From: Polyangiaceae bacterium
GTDB taxonomy: Bacteria; Myxococcota_A; Polyangia; Polyangiales; Polyangiaceae
Assembly (NCBI GenBank): GCA_044376115.1
Contig: JBILLK010000006.1
Location: 224,001-288,000, forward strand
Length of the DNA: 64,000 bases
Reading direction: 5' to 3'
In this document: positions 49,778 to 59,319 of the stretch, piece by piece
How the letters are laid out: each line of letters opens with the position of its first letter
Numbering within the stretch: the first letter of the stretch is position 1
Notes under the pieces: model-generated
The model's input: only the letters and a program-made list of their open reading frames with translations
What the model was told of the DNA's origin: nothing
Databases searched by the model: none
Position numbers and translations under genes: made by a program

Positions 49778-50889
49778 GTGCGCTCGAGCGCCTTCGCGCG
49801 ACGAAGCCGTGATGCCGGAACGAACGGCGCGTGGTTAGCTGCGGACGTCGTCGCGCGCGCGGCTTTGAGCTGCGCGGCAAAGGCGTCGTCGACATGCTGA
49901 GCAACGAAGGGATCGAGGCCGTGTGCGCCGAGCACTGCCAGTCCGGCCGCTCCACAACCGCCCATACAGGAGGTCTTGAGCGGACACGGCTGGCAGAACT
50001 CGGGCGTGACGTCGCGGTAGTGCATCACCGCGTCGGACTCGACCAAGCTTGCGAACGATTGTACCCGCGCATCGCCGATTGAATCGGCGTGCAGCGTGCA
50101 ATGCCGCAGCTCGCCTTTCGGCCCAAGGGCGAACTCTTGCATCTCGGTGCCGATGGGGCACGACGAGAAGTTCAGGTGCGGAAAATCCGTCTGTTCGACC
50201 ACGCAGGCGGGCACCGGCATGGTGACCTGCAGCCGCATCCCAGCCGCTCCGAAGGGCTCGGCTTGGCGCAGGGCTTCGATCAGCTCGCTGCGCGAAGGCA
50301 GCAATTCCGCCGTTTGGTTTGCTGCGTAGCCGGCGGGTGAGAAGCGCGAGAGCGCGACCTCGGTCGCGCCGAGTGACCGCCAAAGTTCGAGGATCTCCGA
50401 GACCACCCGCGCATTCTTGCGCGTGATGACGATGCAGCCGGAGACCGCGACGCCATGCTTTTGCAACAACCGAATACCCTCCAGCGTGGGCTGGAAGCAG
50501 TCTTTTCCGACGTGTTCTTCGTGAAGCTCTTGCGAGGGCCCGTTCAAGGTGACCTGCACGAAAAAGGGATCGAACGTCGCCAGTCGAGCGGCCTGACTTT
50601 CGCTTATCACCCCGCCGTTCGAGATGATCAGCGCCCGTTTGCCATGGCGCTGCACGATCTCGAGGATCTCGAAGATCTCCGGCCGAGCGAAGGGCTCTCC
50701 ACCGGTTAGCGTCACGTGGTCGAAGTCCACCTCGGTGAGGGCCTTGTCCACCAAAGAGAGCAGTTCTTCGCGCGGTAGCGAGCCAACGTCCCCAGGAGCT
50801 TCGCGCCAATCGTTGTAGCAGTAGCCGCATTTCTGGTTACAGAACGCGGTCAGCTCGATCGCCAAGGAGTAGCGTTTCGGTCGGCTCAC
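49774..50889 (-). CDS. Radical SAM protein with SPASM-type C-terminal domain
   Basis: ELT..CNQKCGYC, LTGGEP, C...GPKGELRHC, CQPC...SCMGGC. ATGA overlap with the next gene. Confidence 0.88.
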   Translation of the reverse strand: MSRPKRYSLAIELTAFCNQKCGYCYNDWREAPGDVGSLPREELLSLVDKALTEVDFDHVTLTGGEPFARPEIFEILEIVQRHGKRALIISNGGVISESQAARLATFDPFFVQVTLNGPSQELHEEHVGKDCFQPTLEGIRLLQKHGVAVSGCIVITRKNARVVSEILELWRSLGATEVALSRFSPAGYAANQTAELLPSRSELIEALRQAEPFGAAGMRLQVTMPVPACVVEQTDFPHLNFSSCPIGTEMQEFALGPKGELRHCTLHADSIGDARVQSFASLVESDAVMHYRDVTPEFCQPCPLKTSCMGGCGAAGLAVLGAHGLDPFVAQHVDDAFAAQLKAARATTSAANHAPFVPASRLRRAKALERT

Positions 50890-50933
50890 CTGGGCAGGTT
50901 ACCACCGAAGCCGGAGCTGGTTCTCGTCTGCTC

Positions 50934-50955
50934 ATTGTTGCGCTGGCGCAACGAT
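50934..50955. promoter_or_regulatory. Putative LysR recognition site upstream of the YceI gene
   Basis: Dyad ATTGTTGCGC-TG-GCGCAACGAT, containing a T-N11-A arrangement. Confidence 0.5.
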
Positions 50956-51045
50956 CTTGGGCGAAGCCTCGCCTTCCGCAGCTTGGCCCTCGAGAGCATC
51001 GTTGCTTCATCAACAACGTCGCAGCTCGCGACCACAAGGGAAACC

Positions 51046-51570
51046 ATGACCATCTGGAACATCGACAGCTCTCACTCCAGCGTCCAATTCAGCGTTCGGC
51101 ACCTGATGATCACCAACGTACGCGGTGAATTCAGCGGCCTCAGCGGCACCGTAGAATTCGACCCGGCCCAGCCTGAGACGGCCTCTGTACGGGCGAGCCT
51201 AGAGTCCGCATCGATCAACACGCGCGAGCCGAAGCGCGACGAACATCTGCGCAGCGCGGACTTCTTCGATGCCGAGAACCACAAGACGCTGAGCTTCGTT
51301 TCGACGGCGTTGGCCAAGAAGGGGGACGGCTTCGTTCTCACCGGGGACCTGACGATCCGCGGGACCACCAAGTCGGTGAGCTTCGCTGTCGAGGGGGGAA
51401 CCACCGTCGAGAAGGATCCGTGGGGCAATGCCCGCATCGGTGCCTCGGCCTCGGCGACCATCGATCGTAGGGACTTTGGGCTGACCTGGAACTCGGCGAT
51501 CGAGTCCGGCGGCGTGCTCGTGGGTCACGACGTCAAGATCACGATCGACGTATCGTTGATTCGCGCTTGA
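51046..51570 (+). CDS. YceI-family lipid/polyisoprenoid-binding protein
   Basis: W.ID.SHS.V.FSVRH, RD.HLRSADFFD, GDLTIRG, IDRRDFG. AAGGG RBS. Confidence 0.95.
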   Translation: MTIWNIDSSHSSVQFSVRHLMITNVRGEFSGLSGTVEFDPAQPETASVRASLESASINTREPKRDEHLRSADFFDAENHKTLSFVSTALAKKGDGFVLTGDLTIRGTTKSVSFAVEGGTTVEKDPWGNARIGASASATIDRRDFGLTWNSAIESGGVLVGHDVKITIDVSLIRA

Positions 51571-51622
51571 GGAAGCGTCTAACGACTATTGCGCGTCAGC
51601 AACGTGCTCTAGCCTGAGCCGG

Positions 51623-52540
51623 ATGGCCTTGGACCTCAACGACGTAGGCATGTTCGTGCGGGTGGTTCACCGCTCAGGCTTTGCGAAGGCCGCTCGAGAG
51701 CTGCGGGTCCCGACGTCAACGGTGAGCCGCGCGGTCGCGCGGCTGGAGGCCACGCTGGGGGCCCAGCTGCTGATGCGCACCACGCGCAGTGTGACGCCGA
51801 CCGCCGAGGGACACGCCTTCTTCAAGCAGGTCGCTCCCGCCGTTGCGGCGCTTCATCATGCGGCTCGTGGCATCGATGGCGCTGATCGGCGGCCCCGCGG
51901 CAAGCTGCGCGTGACCGCCCCAAGCGACCTTGGAGCGACCTTCTTGGGCGAGGTCGCCGTCGGTTTTGCGGCTCGATATCCCAACATCGAGCTGGAGACG
52001 ATCCTCACGCAACGCACCGTGAACCTCGTGGAGGAAGGGATCGATGTAGCGCTACGTGCCACCGGGCGACTGCCGGACTCAAGCTTGGTGGCGCGAAAGA
52101 TCGGCGTGCTCGATGAATACCTCTACGCCTCGCCGGCCTACGTCCAGATGCACGGCGCGCCCTCGGATCTCGCTGGTTTGGCGTCGCACGCCTGCGTCTT
52201 GTTTCGGCCCGTGGAAGGGGTGGCTCACTGGACGCTTCGTGATGAGCGTGCCCGCGTTCACTCGCTCGAGGTGAAGGGGCGCATCTCCACCGACGACTTC
52301 TCCTTCTTGCGAGCCGCCTTGCTGGCAGGCGCTGGAATAGGCTTGGTGCCTCATATCATCGTGAACGCCGACGTGGCGGAGGGCCGGCTCTTGAGGGTAT
52401 TGCCCAGCCTCGTATCGAGCGGCACAACGCTGTTCTTCGTCCATGCCGCAAGCCCAGTCGTCCCGGCTAAAGTCACCCTGTTTCGCGATTTTGTGCTGGA
52501 GGCCTTCGCTCGCAAGGGGGTGGTCAGCGCGTCTCATTGA
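51623..52540 (+). CDS. LysR-family regulator (CrgA-like)
   Basis: FVRVV..GF.KAA..L...STVSR.V..LE..LG..L..RTTR, G.LRVTAP. Confidence 0.95.
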   Translation: MALDLNDVGMFVRVVHRSGFAKAARELRVPTSTVSRAVARLEATLGAQLLMRTTRSVTPTAEGHAFFKQVAPAVAALHHAARGIDGADRRPRGKLRVTAPSDLGATFLGEVAVGFAARYPNIELETILTQRTVNLVEEGIDVALRATGRLPDSSLVARKIGVLDEYLYASPAYVQMHGAPSDLAGLASHACVLFRPVEGVAHWTLRDERARVHSLEVKGRISTDDFSFLRAALLAGAGIGLVPHIIVNADVAEGRLLRVLPSLVSSGTTLFFVHAASPVVPAKVTLFRDFVLEAFARKGVVSASH

Positions 52541-52624
52541 GCAGCGTACGTAGCGCGAAAAGTGTGTCCCGCTCGCGAAGATAGAGACGTGGCGTCACCC
52601 TAAAGTCCTCTACTCTTTGCTTAA

Positions 52625-53770
52625 ATGTTGCACTCGTCTCGCGCAGCCCTGGTTCCGCTCCTGTTTTGGCTGAGCGTTTCGTGTGGAGATTCGGACTCGT
52701 CAGCAGGGGCCAGCGCGAACGGCGGTAGCGCTGGTGCGCCCACCAACGGTGGAGCTAGCTCAGGCGGAGCAAACACGGGCGGCACGGCGACGGGCGGCAC
52801 AGGCGGGCTCGGTGGCGTCGGTGGCGTTGGCGGTAGCGGCGGTGGTCCGGGCGGCGACGGTGGCCTCGGCGGAAGTGGTGGTGATGGGGGCGTCGCTGGA
52901 CAAGGCGGTGCTGGCGGAGTGAGCGCTGGCGGTGCCGGTGGTGGAGGCGGAGAAGGCGGCGCGGGCGGCGCTCCACCCGAGTCAGGCCGTGTGCGCGTCG
53001 TGGCGGCCAATCTGACCAGCGGCAACTTCCAGAGCTATACGCCTGGGCACGGCGTGCGCATCTTGCAGGGGCTGAATCCCGATGTGGTGCTGCTGCAAGA
53101 GTTCAACTTCGGTTCGAACTCACAGGCCAGCCTCAATCAACTCGTCAGTGATATTTGCGAGGGATCTCTGTGTGACCACGTGCGAGGCCCGGCGGCGAAG
53201 ATCCCCAACGGGGTCATCAGCCGGTACCCTATCTTGCAATCGGGTAGCTGGGTCGATCCAGAGGTGAGCAATCGCGACTTTGTTTACGCGCGCATTGACG
53301 TCCCCGGAGCCAAGGATCTTTGGGCCATCAGCGTGCACTTCAAGACGTCCAACGCAACCGACCGCAACGCAGAAGCCGTCGCCCTATTGGCGCAAATCAA
53401 CGCCGTCATTCCCGAGGATGATCTGCTAGTGCTCGGTGGCGACTTCAATACCGACGTGCGCGAGGAGCCAGCGCTTACGGCGCTGGCGCAGGTCTTTATG
53501 GTTGGTCCCACATTTCCAGAAGATCAGGCGGGGAACGAGCACACCAATGCCGGCCGCACCAAACCGTACGACTGGGTTCTCGCCGACGATGACCTCGAGC
53601 CGCTGGCCGTACCGGTGGAGCTGGGGGCGGATATGTTTGTTAGTGGCGTGGTGATTGACACCCGCGTCTATACTCCCATCGCCGTGCTTGCACCTGCGCT
53701 GATCAATGATAGCGGCGCAACGGCTATGCAACACATGGCCGTGGTACGAGACTTTTTTGTAGCACCCTGA
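52625..53770 (+). CDS. Endonuclease/exonuclease/phosphatase-family lipoprotein
   Basis: Lipobox SVSC, long Gly linker, AAN, DVVLLQE, SVH, GGDFN, YDWV, QH. Confidence 0.85.
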   Translation: MLHSSRAALVPLLFWLSVSCGDSDSSAGASANGGSAGAPTNGGASSGGANTGGTATGGTGGLGGVGGVGGSGGGPGGDGGLGGSGGDGGVAGQGGAGGVSAGGAGGGGGEGGAGGAPPESGRVRVVAANLTSGNFQSYTPGHGVRILQGLNPDVVLLQEFNFGSNSQASLNQLVSDICEGSLCDHVRGPAAKIPNGVISRYPILQSGSWVDPEVSNRDFVYARIDVPGAKDLWAISVHFKTSNATDRNAEAVALLAQINAVIPEDDLLVLGGDFNTDVREEPALTALAQVFMVGPTFPEDQAGNEHTNAGRTKPYDWVLADDDLEPLAVPVELGADMFVSGVVIDTRVYTPIAVLAPALINDSGATAMQHMAVVRDFFVAP

Positions 53771-53848
53771 GGCAAACGTGGACCGCTCGAGGTTCAAGCT
53801 CCCCGACATGAAGCGGCCAATTGACGTGGGGCGCAGCAGAAGCTGGTG

Positions 53849-54355
53849 ATGCCTGGCGCCACGGTCAAAGGCATGCAGCTTCAGGCTCTCGCAGACGAGT
53901 GCAAACGCAGAGGGCGTCCGCTCGAGCGGCGCAAGTATCAGTCCTTCCTCGACTACCCCGGGGAGGAGCTAGTGCTCGTTTTGGCGCAGGCGGCTGCGCT
54001 TGCCTGGCCTGATGAGCCAGCGCGAGAAGGTCTTCGGCGACTTGGCCGCGTGGCCTACCCAACGCTCAAGTCTTCGCTGATCGGGAGGGTCGTCTTTGGC
54101 GCCGTCGGAGCCGACGTGAGGCTGCTCTGGCCGTTGGTATCCAAGGGGTACCAACTCTCTGCAAGTCGCGGGCAAGCCGAGCTACTCGAGCTTGAGGAGC
54201 GCCAGGCCGTGGTGCGGCTCAACGATATCTTCTCGTTTTTGGATGCCTGGCACGTTGGAATCTTAGAGGGCGCGATGTTGGCTTACGGGCGAGAGGCCGA
54301 GGTGCTTTTCAGTCCGCTTTCAGACATTAGCGGTGACTTCCTGATTCGTTGGTAG
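53849..54355 (+). CDS. DUF2378-family (Myxococcales) protein
   Basis: TVKG, Y..FLDYP, GLRRLGR, SLIGRV, GILEG. Confidence 0.75.
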   Translation: MPGATVKGMQLQALADECKRRGRPLERRKYQSFLDYPGEELVLVLAQAAALAWPDEPAREGLRRLGRVAYPTLKSSLIGRVVFGAVGADVRLLWPLVSKGYQLSASRGQAELLELEERQAVVRLNDIFSFLDAWHVGILEGAMLAYGREAEVLFSPLSDISGDFLIRW

Positions 54356-54424
54356 CGCCTCAAAGCATCCCAAGGTTCTTCTGCTCGGATTGCCAAGCCC
54401 TTCGAGTTCTGGCAACCACGAGCC

Positions 54425-57040
54425 ATGACGTTTGAGCAGTCGCCTGGCGTGTTCCCTTTGCGCGGCGAGTTCGTGGGCAGAGCGGAAGCGCTCGACCAGC
54501 TTGTAGAAGCGTTCGAGCACGGCGCACGTTGCGTTACCGTTACCGGCTCTGCAGGCGTCGGAAAGACCCGCCTCGTAGAGGAGTTCGCGCACCGCTTCGG
54601 GCTCCGCTTCGAGGCCGGGGTCCACCTCGCTGATACCTCTGAAGTTGACGATCGTCGGGGGCTTCTGCACGCTCTGGCCGAAGCCTTTCCCGAGCTCTCG
54701 ATGGGCCAGGTGTCGCGGCCTCAGCTAGTCGCCTGTCTTGCGGCGCGCTGCTCAGGCAAACGGCTTCTGCTATTGGTCGACAACTTCGATCGCTTGCTCG
54801 GCGCAGCCGGTGAAATCGCAGCGATCTGTCGAGCTGTGCCTTCTCTGCGCGTGCTCTTGACCTCGCGTGAGGCACTGCAGATCGAGGGGGAATCGGTGCT
54901 TGAGCTTTTGCCGCTGTCGGTTCCTTCCGCAACGGCTTCCGTGGCAGAGGTCGCAGCGTCCCCGGCGGTGAGGCTGTTGCTGACGCGGGTGTGGGCGGCT
55001 GGCGGAGCGTGGGCCGTAGAAACGGAGCAGCTCTCCGCGCTCGTGCGCCGACTCGAGGGTCTCCCGCTCGCTCTCGAGCTGGTTGCAGCTTGGTCCCTGA
55101 CGTTGACCCCCGCGCAGCTTCTGGTTCGGCTGTCGTCGAATCAGCGGCTCGTGCTTACGGCCAAACGGACGCGCGGTCGCCACAGTTCCCTCGCAGAGGC
55201 GCTGCAAAGCTCCTGGGAGCTGCTCGACGAGCAGGAGCAACTCGCTTTGGCGGAGTGCTCGATCTTCAGCGGCAGCTTCTCGCTGGAGGCCTGTGAGCAG
55301 GTGTTGTCGCTCGGCAATGAGGCTCTGCAAACCATCAGCGCGCTCCGAAGTAAATCGCTGTTGCGATCCGTCGAGCTCGGGCGCTATCAGCTTTACGTTG
55401 CCGTGCGCGCCTTCGCTGGGGAGCGGCTACAGGAGCTCGAGCGCGAGCGGGTAACCCAGCTACGCACCCGACATGCTTATTGCTTCTCGCAACGTGCGGC
55501 CGCGTTCAACCAGGCGCATGCGCTGGATGCCTCACCAGCGGTCGCGACCTACGATCTATCGCTCGAACTCGATGCCGATAACCTGCTCGCCGCGCTCGCC
55601 TACTTGGGTCCCGAGAGCGGCTTGAGCGAAGCGGTGAAGCAAGCGGAGCTCGCTGTGGCCTGCACCTCGCTGCATGCTGCGGCCCAACTGCAATGTCTTG
55701 CGTTCATTGACAGCGCGCTCGCTCAGCTTGAGTTGGCGTCGCCCGCGCTTGTCACCGGCTCGCTGCTGCTGCGCGTCCATTTGGCGCGAACGGTGGTGCT
55801 TGCGCGCTTGGGGCGGTATCACGAGAGCCGCGAGGCGAATGAGGCGCTGGTGGGCCGCTTGGTTGGCGCAGAGCGCGCTGCGGTGCTCGTGCGTTTGGGC
55901 GTGATGCACCGCTTCGAGGGTGATCTGGCTTCAGCGGAGAGCGCCCACCGGGCGGCCTCGCGACTGCTCGGCTCGGAGGATACACGCTTGGCGCTGCTGA
56001 ACCGCGCGTGCCTCGCTAGGTTGCTCTGCGATCGTGGTGAGGTCGAGGCGGCGCGCGAGCACAACGAGGCCGTTCGCATCGATGGCCTGCGCCTATCCGA
56101 TCCATGGATTGTCGGCATGGTCGTGTCGAACCTCGCGCAGCTCGAACAAGAGCAAGAGCGCATCCTCGGTCACCAAGAGACGGCAGCTCCCAGCTTCTCG
56201 CGTATCGCGCAAAAGTACGCGCAGGCGTTGGCTGCGTTCCCAGCCTCTCAGGTCGATAACGTGCTGAGCTCGCGGATGATGCTAGGAGACGCGGCTATCG
56301 AGTTAGGCCAACTGGCCGAGGCGGAGGCCGCATACCGTCACGCAGAGCAATTTGCGACCCGAGCTTCTGGGCTTTCGCGTGGCCTGCTACTCGGCTCCTT
56401 CGCTGTGCTGTTGGCTGAGCGGGGTGAGTTCGCGCAAGCTCGCTCTCGAATCGACCAAGGCCTAACGTTGGTCGGGCGTGGTCCGCTCACAGCGACCTTT
56501 GCCTTGCGGCTTTATCGCGCGGTGGTGGAGCTATTCGAATTGCGCGCTCAGGGCTCTGCGGACGCCAGGTCGGCGGCGGCGCTCAGGCTCAAGGCCCTGC
56601 TAAAGACCGAGGACGCTCGCACCTGCGCAACGATGGATTTGCGCACGGCGAGGCGTATCGCCGAGCGGGCCCTGGGCCTTGCAACGGCGGATCTTTCGCC
56701 GCGGCAGGTATCCATCTCGGTTGCTCGGCGCGAGCTCTATTGGGGCTCGGAGCGGATTGGGCTGTCGAGACGTCCAACGCTGTTTCGCGTGCTACTCGCG
56801 CTCGCGGAGCATCATTGCGAGAGCCCGGGCGTTCCCTTGGACCGCTTCGAGTTGGTCGCACGGGCCTGGCCGAACGAGCGCATCTTGCCCGACGCTGCGG
56901 CGACTCGTTTGCGGGTCGCCGTCGCGCACCTGCGCAAGCTCGGCCTTCGTGAGCTGTTGCGCACCCACGAAGAGGGCTACCTGCTCGATCCTGCCACGGT
57001 GCTGCGAATCGAGCCGACGCGCGTGGACGAGGCAGCGTGA
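54425..57040 (+). CDS. STAND/NB-ARC-like ATPase with TPRs and C-terminal winged-helix domain (probable regulator)
   Basis: FVGR, GSAGVGKT, LLVDNF, TSRE.L, LEGLPLALEL, C-terminal WP.E...RLRVAV..LRKLG...GY.L. Confidence 0.85.
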   Translation: MTFEQSPGVFPLRGEFVGRAEALDQLVEAFEHGARCVTVTGSAGVGKTRLVEEFAHRFGLRFEAGVHLADTSEVDDRRGLLHALAEAFPELSMGQVSRPQLVACLAARCSGKRLLLLVDNFDRLLGAAGEIAAICRAVPSLRVLLTSREALQIEGESVLELLPLSVPSATASVAEVAASPAVRLLLTRVWAAGGAWAVETEQLSALVRRLEGLPLALELVAAWSLTLTPAQLLVRLSSNQRLVLTAKRTRGRHSSLAEALQSSWELLDEQEQLALAECSIFSGSFSLEACEQVLSLGNEALQTISALRSKSLLRSVELGRYQLYVAVRAFAGERLQELERERVTQLRTRHAYCFSQRAAAFNQAHALDASPAVATYDLSLELDADNLLAALAYLGPESGLSEAVKQAELAVACTSLHAAAQLQCLAFIDSALAQLELASPALVTGSLLLRVHLARTVVLARLGRYHESREANEALVGRLVGAERAAVLVRLGVMHRFEGDLASAESAHRAASRLLGSEDTRLALLNRACLARLLCDRGEVEAAREHNEAVRIDGLRLSDPWIVGMVVSNLAQLEQEQERILGHQETAAPSFSRIAQKYAQALAAFPASQVDNVLSSRMMLGDAAIELGQLAEAEAAYRHAEQFATRASGLSRGLLLGSFAVLLAERGEFAQARSRIDQGLTLVGRGPLTATFALRLYRAVVELFELRAQGSADARSAAALRLKALLKTEDARTCATMDLRTARRIAERALGLATADLSPRQVSISVARRELYWGSERIGLSRRPTLFRVLLALAEHHCESPGVPLDRFELVARAWPNERILPDAAATRLRVAVAHLRKLGLRELLRTHEEGYLLDPATVLRIEPTRVDEAA

Positions 57041-57091
57041 TGTAACGCCGTTTAACGCGGCGACGCCAAGCTGTTCCGCTAGAAGGAGCGG

Positions 57092-58375
57092 ATGAGAACC
57101 TCGCGTCCGCTGCTTGTTAGGTGCTGTGCGCTTCTGCTCTTTCTCTTGAACTGCGGTGATGACGGTAGCTCAGGCAGCACCGGAGGGACGGGCGCGCTGG
57201 GCGGCGGGGGGAGCGGCGGTGACGGCGGGGCGGGCGGCAGCGGGGGCGCTACCGCGGGTGGAGGCACCGGCGGCACCGGCGGAGAGGGCGCCAGCATAGC
57301 GACCGTCCCCGGCCCCATCGGCTTCGAGGTCATCGCCCGTGATTTGCCCCAAGCGATCTACGCCACCGCGCACGCTCAGGATGAAGCGCGCCTTTACCTT
57401 GCGCAGAAGACGGGCATCGTCCGCTTGGTGCTCGAGGGCGAACTGCAAGAGACGCCCTTTATCGATGTATCCAACCTGAGCGAGGTCCCTTCCACGATGG
57501 AGGAACGCGGGCTGCTTTCGATTGCGTTAGCACCCGACTACCCGAGCTCCGGTCGCTTCTTTCTCTTCTATTCAACCACTGACGACCGCCTGGTTCTCGG
57601 CGAGTTTGCGCGCAGCGCCGACCCGAACGTCGCTGAGCCGGAACAGAAGAAGACGCTGCTCGACTTCCCGATTGAGCCAGGCAATCACATCGCCGGCGCG
57701 ATGTCCTTTGGTCCAGATGGCTTGCTCTACATATCAATGGGAGATGGCGCAACGGCGCAAGACCTTGCCTCCAAGTTCGGCAAGATTCTGCGCGTCGACG
57801 TCGATACCTATCCAGTTCCGCCAACAGGCAACCTAACCAGTAAGGGCGCCGACCCACACATCTTCCATGTTGGTTTTCACAACCCCTGGCGCATCTCCTT
57901 CGATCGCGAAAGCGGCGACTTCTTCATCGCCGACGTTGGCCTCTCTCCCCCACGCGAGGAGGTCAACCGCGTGCCGGCCGGGACCATGGCGTCGAACTTT
58001 GGCTACCCGCTGATGAGCGGCTTCGAGTGCAACCAGGAGCCCTGCGACCTCACGACCTTGACGGTGCCAACCTTTGCCTATGAGCACACCGATGAGCGCT
58101 GCGCCATCATGGGCGGCCAGCTCTACCGCGGGCCGCGCCTGCAGTGGTTGCAAGGGGAGTACGTGTTCGGCGACCTGTGTTCCGGAGAGATCCTCGGGCT
58201 GACGTTGCCGGAGGAGGGGGAACCAGCGCTTGATCTGCTTACCCCCACGTGGATCGATCCGACGCAGGTGCCCGAGAAAATTGTTGGCATCTTCGAGGAC
58301 GCGCAAGGGGAGCTCATCGTCGTCGGCCTCAGTGGAACAGTGGCGCGGATGGTCCCCCTCGATCCTCAGCCCTAG
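57092..58375 (+). CDS. PQQ-dependent sugar dehydrogenase (GSDH) family lipoprotein
   Basis: ERGLL.IA..PD, NH, FGPDG.LYI.MGDG, GKILR, NPWR.SFD, ADVG. AAGGAG RBS. Confidence 0.88.
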   Translation: MRTSRPLLVRCCALLLFLLNCGDDGSSGSTGGTGALGGGGSGGDGGAGGSGGATAGGGTGGTGGEGASIATVPGPIGFEVIARDLPQAIYATAHAQDEARLYLAQKTGIVRLVLEGELQETPFIDVSNLSEVPSTMEERGLLSIALAPDYPSSGRFFLFYSTTDDRLVLGEFARSADPNVAEPEQKKTLLDFPIEPGNHIAGAMSFGPDGLLYISMGDGATAQDLASKFGKILRVDVDTYPVPPTGNLTSKGADPHIFHVGFHNPWRISFDRESGDFFIADVGLSPPREEVNRVPAGTMASNFGYPLMSGFECNQEPCDLTTLTVPTFAYEHTDERCAIMGGQLYRGPRLQWLQGEYVFGDLCSGEILGLTLPEEGEPALDLLTPTWIDPTQVPEKIVGIFEDAQGELIVVGLSGTVARMVPLDPQP

Positions 58376-59253
58376 CGAAGCAACAGGTGCTTTAAAAGGT
58401 AGTCGCGTAGCGCAAGCACCCGCTGGGGCGCCTTCTTGGGCGACCGCGAGACAAGAAAAAGCGGCGCGCGGGGCATGGGCAACGTGGGCAGGATGCGAAC
58501 GAGACTGCCGCGCGCCACTTCATGCTCTACGACGAAGGTCGGGAGCAGCGCGACGCCCGCGCCGGCACGGGCGAGCTCGGCGAGCGTGGAGAAGTCGTTG
58601 CTGGAGATCGCCGCTTTGGGCGGCGGTCCCTTGCCCAGCCCGGCGAACGCCGAGCGTCCCCTTTGTGGAGGTGGCCACAGACCCTCGTGCTTCGCGAGCT
58701 CCGAGGCTGAGCCAGGAGTTCCCCGGCGCTCGAGGTAGGCCGGCGAAGCGAAGAAGCCAGCCTCGAGATCGGTGAGCTTGCGCGCCACGAGCTCTTTGCT
58801 CCCTGGTTTACCCACGCGAACCCCGAGGTCTGCCTGACCTGCTGCGAGATCCACCATCGTCTCCGACGTGGAAATGGTCAGGTGAATACCCGGATAGCGC
58901 AGCCGGAAGCCAAGGAGGTGCGGTGCAATCAGCAGCCTTGCCAGCTCGCTCGTCGTCGAAAGCACCACCTCTCCGCTCGGGCCGAGGCTGCGGTCCGATA
59001 CGCCTGTGACCGCCCGCGTGAGCTCGGCCAGCGGCCCACCGACGCGCAACGCCAGCGCCTCGCCCTCTGCCGTCGGCCGGACCATACGCGTGGTCCGAAG
59101 AAACAACGTCGAGCCGACGCGCGTCTCGAGCGCGCTGACGAGCCGGCTGACCCGCGCCTTGTCCAACCCCAGCTTTTGCCCCGCCTTGGTGAAACTCCGA
59201 GCTTCGACGACGGCGCTGAAAGCCGATAACTCGGCCATATTGATCGTTGTCAC
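58372..59253 (-). CDS. LysR-family regulator
   Basis: F.AVVE..SFTKA...LG.....VSR....LE......LF.RTTR. Start 59253 or 59238. Confidence 0.92.
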   Translation of the reverse strand: MTTINMAELSAFSAVVEARSFTKAGQKLGLDKARVSRLVSALETRVGSTLFLRTTRMVRPTAEGEALALRVGGPLAELTRAVTGVSDRSLGPSGEVVLSTTSELARLLIAPHLLGFRLRYPGIHLTISTSETMVDLAAGQADLGVRVGKPGSKELVARKLTDLEAGFFASPAYLERRGTPGSASELAKHEGLWPPPQRGRSAFAGLGKGPPPKAAISSNDFSTLAELARAGAGVALLPTFVVEHEVARGSLVRILPTLPMPRAPLFLVSRSPKKAPQRVLALRDYLLKHLLLR

Positions 59254-59319
59254 ATCATCAACAGTACATTGACTTGGTGTGAGATTGTTGTCGTTGGGGC
59301 CGGCGCTTAGCTTCGGCGC

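Noticed and set aside
50837..51037. 66-aa Cys-containing ORF upstream of the radical SAM pair as a RiPP precursor
   Set aside because: It overlaps the rSAM start and the YceI promoter and LysR dyad, has no clear RBS and no leader/core pattern.
50890..51045. Cobalamin riboswitch ahead of the B12-radical SAM operon
   Set aside because: No B12-box or conserved core is recognisable, and the operon appears leaderless.
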